IMG/VR virus record: IMGVR_UViG_3300029582_000014
Origin: a virus
Length of the DNA stretch: 48,695 bases
Reading direction: 5' to 3' (one strand)
The notes beneath the pieces are model-generated. The model was given only the letters and a program-made list of their open reading frames with translations, had not been told where the DNA came from and searched no databases. This document shows, in pieces, positions 1 to 8,205 of this stretch. Position numbers and translations under genes: made by a program. The first letter of the stretch is position 1; each line of letters starts with the position of its first letter.

Positions 1-99
1 CAATCAGCATAACAACGCCCACCACGGGCAGAATCTTTCCAAGGATTCCGCTGAATGGTCCCAAAATGGCCCCGCCCAGCTTTTGAAGCGGCCCGAACA
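1..99. repeat. 99-bp terminal overlap identical to 48597..48695 (circular closure of the contig)
   Basis: The first 99 nt (caatcagcataacaacgccc...gaagcggcccgaaca) recur exactly as the last 99 nt. One minus-strand ORF reads through the join in frame. Confidence 0.95.
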
Positions 100-2170
100 G
101 GGTTGACAGCTTCCCGAATCCCTTTGCAACCACGCTTCCGATCTTGCCAAGCGGTCCCGCAGCTACTACGGCCCCGGCCCGCCCCAAAATCCCGGTAATG
201 GTCCCCGCAACTCCGGTGAACGCCCGCGTCGCCAGTCCTCCCACGCTTGAAAACATACGGGAGAACACGCCGCCCGCGGCTCCGGTAATCCCGGAAAACA
301 GGTTTCCGACCCTTGTTCCGGCGAACATCTGCCCGAACGCGCGGCCTACGCCGCCCGCGGCGCTTCCGATTCCACCGAAATACCCGGTCACGCTTCTTGC
401 AATGCCTTTGACCTTGCTTGCAAACCCCACGGCCTCCGCACCAGCAACCGCCGTCCGTCCTTTGAATAGGGCCATAACCTTTTGAATGGTCAGAACCCCG
501 CCTTTCAGTTCAAGGAATCCCAGCTTCGTAACGGTTGCCGCGGCTTTGAACGCCAGCAGTCCGGCGGTCACTTTTGCAATGGTCCGCACCAACTCCGGGT
601 TTTCCGCCGCAAAGTCAGAAAGTTTGATGACCAATTCGGACAACTTTTCCGCGCCCTCCGACACAAGCGGAAGGAACGCGTCACCGATCACGATTGCCAG
701 CTTTGAAAGACTGTTCTTCGCAAGCTGTACTTTGTTCGCTGTTGTGTCCGCGCGGGCCGCGTACTCCGATTCCATGCTTCCGGCGTATTGCGCCGCGTCT
801 CCAACCTTGTTGAAGGAATCTTCCAGCAGTTCGACGTTTTGAATCAGCGGCGCGATTGCGGCCACAGATTCTTCACCGAAATAATCTTTCAGGGCCGCAA
901 CCCGTTCCGCCTCCGGCAACTGCTTTACAGCGTCGATGAAGTCCAGAATTGCGCCCTTCGCGTCCACCTGCATTCGGTTCGCAAGGTCTGTCGCGGAAAT
1001 CCCCAGCTTGTTTAGAACGTTCTGTTGCCGGGTGGTCACGGCGCTTCCCGCGGTCATGGTCGTCATAACCTTTTTAATTCCGGTTGCGGCCACGTCCTCA
1101 TTTACGCCGACCGCGACAAGGGCCGCGCCCATTGCGGCGATCTCTCCGCTTGCAAAGCCCGCAACTTCTCCCAGCGGTCCAATCTTCGTGACGATGGTTG
1201 AAATCTGTTCTGCGTTTGCCGCGGTCGTGTTGGAAAGGTAGTTGATTTTATCGGACAGCGAAATAACTTCGTCCTGCGTCATGCCGAACGACGTTCGCCA
1301 TTTTGCCATCCATTCGCCCGCCTGATCTGCGGAAATGTCGAACGCAACGCCCATTTTGGCCGCGTCCTCCGCAAAACGGGTGATTTCCTCTCTGGCAATG
1401 CCAGCCGAACCAGCCGCCGCCGCAATTTCCGTCAGTTCCTTTGCCGTCATCGGGATTTTTGCTGACAGGTCCAAGATCGCGTCACGCATATTGTAATATT
1501 CCTGCGTAAGCTCTCCCGTCCCGCTGTCTTTCAGCCCGTCAACAACCTTTGCCACGTCCGACATTGCGGATTCAAAATCCATCGACGCTTGAACAGGCCC
1601 GGCGTAAACCGCCGCGCCCAGCGCCGCCGCCGTCCCGGTAATAGTCGCCAACTGGCCCTTTGTCGCGGAGATCGCGGCGGAATTCTTTTCAAGTGCGGAA
1701 TTGACCCGCGCCAATTCCTCTTGACTTTCCCGCAGTCGGTCATAGGTCCTGCGTAACCGCTCGTTCTCTTCGCTCAAATTCGCCGTGTTCACGCCCGCGT
1801 CGGACAGTTCAGCGCCCAGCGATTGCAGGCGGCTTTCCTGCTGTTCAATCCGCGTGGTGGTCTGCGCAATCTGCCGTTCGTTCCGGGCCAGCTTTTCCCG
1901 TAATTCGTCGGTCGGCTCTTCCGTTTCGCTGATCTCCCGTTGTAACCGCTCATGCTCCGCGGTCAGCCGTTCCAGCTTTTGACGGTTCGATTCAAGGGCG
2001 CTTTCCTGTTTCCTGTATGCGTCGATCTTCCCGGTGATGGAATTCAGCTTTGAAAGGGCGTTTTGCTGTTGCTTGATGGTATTCGTCGCGGCCTGAAACG
2101 CCGCGTTGAAGTTGCCGCCCAGCGCCGCTTGCAGTTTGAAGAGAAGTTCATATTCCTTTCGCCCCGCCAA
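1..2170 (-). CDS. Tail tape measure protein, N-terminal ~723 codons. The ORF runs off the window start and continues at 48596->47416, about 1116 aa in total.
   Basis: The minus frame is open from 2170 to 1. Hand translation gives a coiled-coil N-terminus (..QKLERLTAEHERLQREISE..) followed by SMDFESAMSDVAKVVDG..AKIPMTAKELTEIAAAAGSAGIAREEI, typical of TP901-type TMP cores. It lies directly after the tail chaperone. 2170+1181 nt = 3351 = 3x1117, so the two pieces are in frame. The TTG start at 2170 is tentative because there is no nearby in-frame ATG. Confidence 0.85.
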   Translation of the reverse strand, partial: MAGRKEYELLFKLQAALGGNFNAAFQAATNTIKQQQNALSKLNSITGKIDAYRKQESALESNRQKLERLTAEHERLQREISETEEPTDELREKLARNERQIAQTTTRIEQQESRLQSLGAELSDAGVNTANLSEENERLRRTYDRLRESQEELARVNSALEKNSAAISATKGQLATITGTAAALGAAVYAGPVQASMDFESAMSDVAKVVDGLKDSGTGELTQEYYNMRDAILDLSAKIPMTAKELTEIAAAAGSAGIAREEITRFAEDAAKMGVAFDISADQAGEWMAKWRTSFGMTQDEVISLSDKINYLSNTTAANAEQISTIVTKIGPLGEVAGFASGEIAAMGAALVAVGVNEDVAATGIKKVMTTMTAGSAVTTRQQNVLNKLGISATDLANRMQVDAKGAILDFIDAVKQLPEAERVAALKDYFGEESVAAIAPLIQNVELLEDSFNKVGDAAQYAGSMESEYAARADTTANKVQLAKNSLSKLAIVIGDAFLPLVSEGAEKLSELVIKLSDFAAENPELVRTIAKVTAGLLAFKAAATVTKLGFLELKGGVLTIQKVMALFKGRTAVAGAEAVGFASKVKGIARSVTGYFGGIGSAAGGVGRAFGQMFAGTRVGNLFSGITGAAGGVFSRMFSSVGGLATRAFTGVAGTITGILGRAGAVVAAGPLGKIGSVVAKGFGKLSTLFGPLQKLGGAILGPFSGILGKILPVVGVVMLI

Positions 2171-2174
2171 ATCC

Positions 2175-2360
2175 TCACCCCTTTTCGCGCTGTCTTTGCT
2201 CCGCGGTGACGGCGTTAATCTCCCGAATCCACGCCGTGATCTCTGTCGTGTTCATATCAAGCCAGAAGTTCACGGGTGTAAACGTGGCCTGCGCCAGCTT
2301 GAAGCACTCCCGCCGCCACCAGCGGGCCGGGCCTTTTAATAGCCCGTGTCGATTAAAAAA
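2175..2360 (-). CDS. -1 frame extension of the tail chaperone (gpE+E-prime / G-T-like frameshift product)
   Basis: From the slippery site the -1 frame is open for 62 codons (FFNRHGLLKGPARWWRRECFKLAQATFTPVNFWLDMNTTEITAWIREINAVTAEQRQREKG). It stops at TGA 2177..2175, just before the TMP start. Confidence 0.65.
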   Translation of the reverse strand, partial: FFNRHGLLKGPARWWRRECFKLAQATFTPVNFWLDMNTTEITAWIREINAVTAEQRQREKG

Positions 2361-2746
2361 CTTCTTGCCGCGTTCGTGATCTTATTGAAGTCCTTTAATG
2401 GCATAGCGTCGAGAACGTCGCTTCCGATACCCGCGGCCTTTGCCGCCATCTTCGCTTGAAAACTCCGGGAGATTTCAGGCGCAAGGGCGTATTCGTTGTT
2501 CATCTGCATTTCGTCCTCAATCGCCACCATGTCGCGGCCCGTCATGCGCTCAAAATTGAACGTCAGTTCGGTATAGGTCTTTCCGGCATACTCAAACGGC
2601 CTCTTGAACACGTGCGTATAAACGCCCGTGTCAGCCTGTACGGGCTTTTTCTGCTCCGCCGGGGTAGTTTCATTGCTCACGGCTTCCGGCGCGCCTGCGG
2701 CCTGCTCCGCCCCCTCTGCGAGGGTGTTTTTCAGGTTGTCACTCAT
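2336..2746 (-). CDS. Tail assembly chaperone (P2 gpE / Mu gp41-like), zero-frame product of 136 aa
   Basis: ORF lies between the tube and TMP genes. RBS is cggaggaatcgaacATG. Size, position and sequence (..FERMTGRDMVAIEDEM..) fit the tail chaperone family of contractile-tailed phages. Confidence 0.8.
   Translation of the reverse strand: MSDNLKNTLAEGAEQAAGAPEAVSNETTPAEQKKPVQADTGVYTHVFKRPFEYAGKTYTELTFNFERMTGRDMVAIEDEMQMNNEYALAPEISRSFQAKMAAKAAGIGSDVLDAMPLKDFNKITNAARSFLIDTGY
2354..2360 (-). promoter_or_regulatory. Slippery heptamer T TTT TTA for programmed -1 ribosomal frameshifting
   Basis: Zero frame reads aga agT TTT TTA atc, five codons before the chaperone stop. This is a canonical X XXY YYZ site. 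Confidence 0.65.
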
Positions 2747-2802
2747 GTTCGATTCCTCCGGTTCTTTATTTCAAATTTCAAATGCAGAGAAGGGCATAAG
2801 AA

Positions 2803-2830
2803 AGCCCAGCAGGGAGAACCCCGCCGGGCT
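2803..2830 (-). terminator. Hairpin overlapping the tube gene stop codon (possible attenuator or terminator)
   Basis: 12-bp stem (two G-U pairs) with a 4-nt loop, followed on the minus strand by TTCTTAT. Confidence 0.35.
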
Positions 2831-3348
2831 TATGCCTTTCCAAGTGCTTTTCGCACGTCGGCCAGATAGTCGGTCCCGTTTACGTAGTAAATGAAATTGA
2901 TAATGTCAATTTCAAGAACCTTTTTCCCGTCGATGTAGGTTGCGAAATAGGTTGCCGCATACTCCCCGGACGCTTCCGCGGACGCGGCGGGGGCCAGCTT
3001 GCCGGGGGCAAACTTCGTCGGTGTGACCATAAGCACGTGCTTAACGGCCTGCTGGACGAATTTTCCGGCGGTGTTGTCCCAATACTGCTGTGCGGCGCGC
3101 AAATCAAGCTGGTGATTGCGCGGCTCCGCCAGCTTTACCGCGTCCGCCGTGACGGACCGGAAATTCAGGGTCAGCGTCATTGCCTCGATGTGGCCGACGA
3201 AAGCGCCGTTGAACGCGCCAGAAATGCCCGCGCCCTTGACCTCTTCCGTGATCTGCGTAATTTCAGGAAGCGTGACTTCCGCCATCCCGTAAAACTCCGT
3301 TGCGTCCTCATACACGGCAAAGTTGGTTGTGCCGTTGTCAACTTTCAT
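2830..3348 (-). CDS. Major tail tube protein (P2 FII-like)
   Basis: 172 aa, immediately downstream of the sheath gene. The N-terminus NFAVYEDATEFYGMAEVTLPEIT..GAG fits the contractile-tail tube family. Confidence 0.85.
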   Translation of the reverse strand: MKVDNGTTNFAVYEDATEFYGMAEVTLPEITQITEEVKGAGISGAFNGAFVGHIEAMTLTLNFRSVTADAVKLAEPRNHQLDLRAAQQYWDNTAGKFVQQAVKHVLMVTPTKFAPGKLAPAASAEASGEYAATYFATYIDGKKVLEIDIINFIYYVNGTDYLADVRKALGKA

Positions 3349-3362
3349 TTCCTGTTACCTCC

Positions 3363-4793
3363 TTACGCCGCCAGCGCAGACGAAACGTATTCCGCGTCGT
3401 ACTCCAACACGAATTCGCATTCCTTCATCGGGCTGGGCGGGGTCAGATAGATGTGGAAAACAGCCTTTCCCGCCATAAGCGCGGTTTGGCTGTTTTCCTC
3501 TTCCAGAAACTCCACGCGCCCGCCCAGCAGTTTTTCCTCATTGACAAGGCCGTTCAGCCAGATATTGACCGAATCAACAATGCTGTCAATCAGGCGGCGG
3601 GTCATTTTCTTGTCGATCTTGTTCCAGTAGGAAAGGACCAGCGAATTAGCAACCCAACCGAACATCCGGGAGACGGAAATAAAATAGTTCTTTACGTCCG
3701 TGTCCGCCGGATAGCAGGCAGTTTCATTGCCCCACAGCACATACCCGCCAATGAAGTTCAGCGCGGTTACAATGCCGTTGCTGTTCAGGTAGTTTGCTTG
3801 ATTCAGGTCCAGCAGAACGGTTGTTCCGTCCGCGAGGCACGCCCGGTCGATCTGCAAGGTTTTGTTGGACGGGCTTTCCGCCGGGCAACCTCCGTTGTCC
3901 GAATCGGTCGCCGCCATCAGGCCCGCGGCGTGGACCGACGCGTGGAAGATGTAGTCGCCAAGCCCGAACATCGGCCAGCACAGAATTTCCGCCTTGTCGT
4001 TCATGTTCTGCTCTTTCTTCCACTCCGTAGCGTCCGAATAGTACGTGACCTCCGTAGTGTCAACGTCAATCAGGGCCTTTGCGCCCGTAAACACGGTGTT
4101 GATCGCCTCCGCCTTCGCCTTCATAATTGCGGCAACAGTGGATTTGTGGGACCAGCCCGGCGCAAGAATCAGGTCGCACACGATTCCGTATTTCGGGAAA
4201 ACCTTGTCAATCAGTTCAAGGCCGGAATACTTCTTCGTGTTCGCGTCAAACCCGCCGATGATCTCTGTTTCAGTAATCTTCGAGGGGTCCACTGCGTCGA
4301 ACGTAATTGTCAGTTCTCCCGTCTCTGCCGGAATGCTCCCGCCGTCCAGCACCTCAAGAATCAGGTTTTCGCCCTCGTAGAACAGGTCGAAATCCTCTCC
4401 CACGGTGTAAGAAGTGACCTGCACCGTGTCTTTCAGGGCTTCCAGAGGAAGCAGAACCTTTCCGTCGGTCAGTTGGTACTGCTGTTCCGAAACGGTCTTT
4501 TTGTGCTTCTCCGGGTTCAGAACGTTCACGAAAACCACCGGGGACACGCCGTACAGCTTGAATTGTGCGTAAATCGCTTCGCAAATCGGGTATTTCTCCC
4601 AATCGTCGCTGTAACCGAACGCGGCCACGGCCTCCGCGTAACTCTGGCACATGATCGGGTCGTTCACGGCTCCGCCCACGGTATGCGCGGGGGCCGCACC
4701 CACTACAAAGGCAAGGCCGGAATCCGCCGTTACAGGGGTAGAAACGGACGTGTCAACCTGCCGCGTCGATACGCCATGAAAATACTCTGCCAT
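3363..4793 (-). CDS. Contractile tail sheath protein
   Basis: 476 aa, sheath-tube-chaperone-TMP synteny, sheath-like N-terminus (GVSTRQVDTSVSTPV..AFVVGAAP). Confidence 0.85.
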   Translation of the reverse strand: MAEYFHGVSTRQVDTSVSTPVTADSGLAFVVGAAPAHTVGGAVNDPIMCQSYAEAVAAFGYSDDWEKYPICEAIYAQFKLYGVSPVVFVNVLNPEKHKKTVSEQQYQLTDGKVLLPLEALKDTVQVTSYTVGEDFDLFYEGENLILEVLDGGSIPAETGELTITFDAVDPSKITETEIIGGFDANTKKYSGLELIDKVFPKYGIVCDLILAPGWSHKSTVAAIMKAKAEAINTVFTGAKALIDVDTTEVTYYSDATEWKKEQNMNDKAEILCWPMFGLGDYIFHASVHAAGLMAATDSDNGGCPAESPSNKTLQIDRACLADGTTVLLDLNQANYLNSNGIVTALNFIGGYVLWGNETACYPADTDVKNYFISVSRMFGWVANSLVLSYWNKIDKKMTRRLIDSIVDSVNIWLNGLVNEEKLLGGRVEFLEEENSQTALMAGKAVFHIYLTPPSPMKECEFVLEYDAEYVSSALAA

Positions 4794-4796
4794 TGG

Positions 4797-5357
4797 TTAA
4801 ACCTCCCTGTTGCCGCGCATTGTAGAAACAATGTCGCTGTAATACTTGTGTGCGAGATTGCCGGGCGTTTTCACCTTCACGGAAAACGCGGCGTACTTCT
4901 TCACGGGGACAATCAGCTTTTCCACAAGGGGGTAATCCTTCACCACGTCCGCCAGATAGGAAATCACGTCCGAAAACCGTCCGTTGAACACGGCGTTTTC
5001 CCGCAATCTGCCTTTCGGAAGGGTCGGTCCGGCGTAAATGAACAGGTCGTACCCCTCCGGCTCCTTCTGCGCGCTCTCTGCGCCGTTTTCAGCGCCGGGG
5101 GTATCTTCACCCGCTCCGGCGTTCTCCGCGCCGTCCTGTGCGCTCTCTGCGCCATCCGCGGCGGCTTCCGGCCCGTTCCCGCCCGTTCCATCTGCGGGCG
5201 GCTCTGTGCCTGCTCCGGCGGCTTCTGCGGCGTTGTGGGCTTCCAGCGCGTCGAGAATCGCCGTTTTTGTCATGCTGTCGTCAGCCGTCACGCCGTTTTC
5301 TGCGGCGATTTTCAGCAATTCGGCCTTTGTCATACTGGCCTTGAATTCTACTGCCAT
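4797..5357 (-). CDS. Virion-module protein with two N-terminal HeH/SAP-like motifs and an Ala/Gly/Glu-rich linker; function unknown
   Basis: 186-aa ORF packed between the neck genes and the sheath. It carries the motifs TKAELLKIAAENGV and TKTAILDALEAH, then low-complexity sequence. Confidence 0.7.
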   Translation of the reverse strand: MAVEFKASMTKAELLKIAAENGVTADDSMTKTAILDALEAHNAAEAAGAGTEPPADGTGGNGPEAAADGAESAQDGAENAGAGEDTPGAENGAESAQKEPEGYDLFIYAGPTLPKGRLRENAVFNGRFSDVISYLADVVKDYPLVEKLIVPVKKYAAFSVKVKTPGNLAHKYYSDIVSTMRGNREV

Positions 5358-5836
5358 AGCTTTTGAACCTCACTTTCAACAATGGGAATATCCCAAATTG
5401 TCATCATTTCCCCCAAGTAATAGGGGGCTGTGCTGTCCGGGTAAACGATCATTTCAAGCGGAAGTTTCAGCATATACCGTTCTGCAATTACGTTGTCTTT
5501 CAGAAGGGCAATCCGAATCCGGTTCAACAGATTCAGGACGCACGTTGCGCCCTCGCTTCCGTCCTCCGAATACGTGGCCGCTACAATGCGCACCATACAT
5601 TCACATTCCGCCTGCTGTCCCGGCTCTTGCGTGTCCGTGCTTTTGATGTACTGCAACAGCAGGTAGGGGATTTGCTGTGTCTCTGCCGTCTTGTTTGGCA
5701 GGCGCATTTTGTAAACCTCCGCGGCCCGCTCCTTCTGCTCACCGCTCTTTCGGTCAACCCGGACAGGCAAAAGAATGTCCTTTGTCTCCCGCTTTACGAA
5801 CGCTTCCAGCGCGTCCAAAAGGTCTAAAGGTGTCAT
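5348..5836 (-). CDS. Putative neck / tail-completion protein
   Basis: 162-aa ORF in the head-to-tail connector block. Start and stop overlap the neighbouring genes. No family firmly recognised. Confidence 0.6.
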   Translation of the reverse strand: MTPLDLLDALEAFVKRETKDILLPVRVDRKSGEQKERAAEVYKMRLPNKTAETQQIPYLLLQYIKSTDTQEPGQQAECECMVRIVAATYSEDGSEGATCVLNLLNRIRIALLKDNVIAERYMLKLPLEMIVYPDSTAPYYLGEMMTIWDIPIVESEVQKLWQ

Positions 5837-5839
5837 TGC

Positions 5840-6406
5840 TTACCCTCCGTAGCCGTTCAGAATTCGGGTGATTTCGTGTTCAAGCCGCTTGTTTACAACT
5901 TCCTGCGCCTTTTCCTCCACCTGCTCCACAACGACGCTGTTTCCCGCCATCTGCGCGGCGGACGGTCCCATGAATTCGGTGATAGGCAGGCGGCTTGTCC
6001 CGTCCCTCTCAAACATTCCCGTGTGTCCGCTCTTCATTTTTGCAATGAAAGCGTGTGCAAACGGGGTCCGTCCGCTCTCATTCAGCACCGCCGCCGAAAC
6101 GGTCGCGCGCTGAACGGGCAGGGTGGGGGACACGTTGAAACGGTAAAGCGGGATTTTGTACCCTGCGAACGAAACCGTCCCCACAACTCCGCCGTCGGTC
6201 TGCTGGGTCCGAACCTTGATTGTGCTTTCCGCCCGGACGTTCTGCCGGGAAATCGCATAGACGCTCGTTATTCCTTTCAGGGCTTCCGTCCGAACGGTGC
6301 TGTTCGCCCTGCGGATAACATTTGAAATTGCTTTTTCCGCGCCTTTCGGCACGCTGGAAAGAATCAGGTTCACCCGCTCGATCTGTTCCGCGGTTATTTG
6401 AATCAT
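5840..6406 (-). CDS. Putative head-tail connector / tail-completion protein (gpZ-like placement)
   Basis: 188-aa ORF in the connector block, translationally coupled to the upstream gene. Confidence 0.6.
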   Translation of the reverse strand: MIQITAEQIERVNLILSSVPKGAEKAISNVIRRANSTVRTEALKGITSVYAISRQNVRAESTIKVRTQQTDGGVVGTVSFAGYKIPLYRFNVSPTLPVQRATVSAAVLNESGRTPFAHAFIAKMKSGHTGMFERDGTSRLPITEFMGPSAAQMAGNSVVVEQVEEKAQEVVNKRLEHEITRILNGYGG

Positions 6407-6738
6407 TCGGTCAACATCTCCAAATAAAGCACGACTTCCCCGGCCTCCGGGTGAACCTTTGTGATCTGGTAAATATGGTCCCCGATCTCCATATTCACCC
6501 CTTTTCGGGGAATTCGTTTCAGCAGGGAAAGAGGGGCGTAAACCACAAGATCGACAAGAACCAAGCCGTCTACGTGGTCCGTAGACGGCTTTTTCCGGTC
6601 TTGCGCGCCCCCGTCGTCAATGATGATCGGCCCCTTGTAGCGGATTCCGTCAATCCAGAATTCCACAACGTCAGCGTGTTCCCGGCTGTTGTGGAATACT
6701 GCCGTCAAGTCCCGCTCCACCTGATCTTTGAAGTTCAT
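6403..6738 (-). CDS. Putative head-tail joining protein
   Basis: 111-aa ORF directly after the major capsid gene, with overlapping stop/start. Confidence 0.6.
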   Translation of the reverse strand: MNFKDQVERDLTAVFHNSREHADVVEFWIDGIRYKGPIIIDDGGAQDRKKPSTDHVDGLVLVDLVVYAPLSLLKRIPRKGVNMEIGDHIYQITKVHPEAGEVVLYLEMLTE

Positions 6739-7793
6739 TACAGCACCTGCGCCACGTACCAGCTATTGACCTCATGGGGGACGGTAAGCGGCTTGCTGTT
6801 GATTTGCAGGAAGCGTCGGTCGGGGCGGCGCTCAACCCATGTCTGCGGCACCTTGTCGCCCTCCACGGTGACAAAGGTTTTGCCCTCATCGGGAATCATG
6901 GTGATTGCGCCGTAGTAAATGGAGTAGTCCGCCTCTGTGGACATAAGGGCCAGCGTCTTTTCCGGGACAAGTGGCTTGTTCTCCGGGGCCTCCGGCTCCG
7001 TCCAGTCGTCCAAATACCATTCGTTGTACTGGTAGATGTCCAATCCCAGTTTGTGAATCGTGCCGACGTAGGTTACGCCGTTGGGAAGCAGGCGGGGCCG
7101 GATAACCGCGAGATCATAGGCTTTTACGTCCAAAACCTCTTTGACCTTCGTATGGTTGACAAACGCCGTTGCAACGTCCTTCGCCATAATGCAGATATTG
7201 CAGTTCACGAAACCTTCCCGCTGTACGATTTCGTGCCAGCGTTCAATATCGGCCAGCGGGTCGCTCTGCGCGTTGTCCCACTTCTTTTCCGCCGGAACGG
7301 TGGTTTCTTTGTTGGTGAAGCTAAAGTCGATCACTTCGTTCACGCCCTCACCGACAATGGGAATCTGCCCGGTAAAGATCGCGGTTGCCGCCATCCACTC
7401 TTCCCGGCGCACGATCATTTCGTTCAGTTCCCGCAAATCCTCCGCCAGCTTCTCCACGGCGCGTTCTGCGGGCTTTCTCCCGCTGTACGGGTCCTCGCCC
7501 GCGGCCCGCTCTAACAGGTCGTCAACGGTGGTAATCTTGTTCGGGGCCAGCAGAACGGGAGTGTAGGTCTTTGTCTGATAGCCCGTGTTCAGAATGGTTT
7601 TTCCGCCCACCTTCGGGTGGACAAAGGGCGCGAGGGCGCGGGACCCCTTCTTGAAGTCCACGTCAACGCTCTTCGTGTTGAACGTCTGCCGGTTCTTGAA
7701 AAAGGTGTCGCGGAAAAACGTATGCACCGGGGGCATACGCCGGACCAGCTTCCCCAGCGTGCGGGGGGTGTAGATTGTTGTCTCGATAGCCAT
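6738..7793 (-). CDS. Major capsid protein, lambda gpE-like
   Basis: 351 aa. The N-terminus IYTPRTLGKLVRRMPPVHTFFRDTFF..VDVDFKKGSRALAPFV is typical of the capsid protein E family. It follows a gpD-like decoration gene. Confidence 0.85.
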   Translation of the reverse strand: MAIETTIYTPRTLGKLVRRMPPVHTFFRDTFFKNRQTFNTKSVDVDFKKGSRALAPFVHPKVGGKTILNTGYQTKTYTPVLLAPNKITTVDDLLERAAGEDPYSGRKPAERAVEKLAEDLRELNEMIVRREEWMAATAIFTGQIPIVGEGVNEVIDFSFTNKETTVPAEKKWDNAQSDPLADIERWHEIVQREGFVNCNICIMAKDVATAFVNHTKVKEVLDVKAYDLAVIRPRLLPNGVTYVGTIHKLGLDIYQYNEWYLDDWTEPEAPENKPLVPEKTLALMSTEADYSIYYGAITMIPDEGKTFVTVEGDKVPQTWVERRPDRRFLQINSKPLTVPHEVNSWYVAQVL

Positions 7794-7808
7794 TGCGTTT
7801 CCTCTCCT

Positions 7809-8192
7809 TTACTTCAAAAAGATTCCGATATTGCGGAACGCCGTTGTCAGGGTGTCCACGGTTACGCTGTCCGGGAGATTGATTGCGTCCGCGAAAAATT
7901 CGCCCGTCAGGTACACCACGACTTCTTCCCCGGCGGCGGCATCGTCGGCGGCGATACCGTAAATCCCCGCGGTGGTGTTCTCATACTCCGTCTTTGCCGG
8001 GGTCGTGCTTCCGCTGTCCGCCGCGGACGCTTTCACCTTGACGACGGGTTCAACCTTCCCGTCGGTCAGCTTCACGGGGTCATATTTCTTGACGGTCTTT
8101 CCGCTGGCAACCTCTCGAACCGCAGTTGCAACGGGATAATCGCCCGCAAAGAAATTCACCGGGCTTGTCTGGTCGCTCTGAATCTGATACAT
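7809..8192 (-). CDS. Head decoration protein, lambda gpD-like
   Basis: ATG at 8192 is preceded by aaggaggaagaaatc. 127 aa, MYQIQSDQTSPVNFFAGDYPV... Positioned between the protease-scaffold and the capsid gene. Confidence 0.75.
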   Translation of the reverse strand: MYQIQSDQTSPVNFFAGDYPVATAVREVASGKTVKKYDPVKLTDGKVEPVVKVKASAADSGSTTPAKTEYENTTAGIYGIAADDAAAGEEVVVYLTGEFFADAINLPDSVTVDTLTTAFRNIGIFLK

Positions 8193-8205
8193 GATTTCTT
8201 CCTCC

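Noticed and set aside
5071-5153. Exact 14-bp direct repeat gcgctctctgcgcc (5071-5084 and 5140-5153)
   Set aside because: It lies inside the coding region and simply encodes the repeated GAESAQ low-complexity linker of the 186-aa protein.
3300-5366. 688-aa plus-strand ORF, the longest in the track
   Set aside because: It is antisense to the well-supported sheath gene and two neighbouring minus-strand genes. It is Arg/Gly/Val-rich low-complexity sequence, typical of the non-coding strand in high-GC DNA, and has no RBS.
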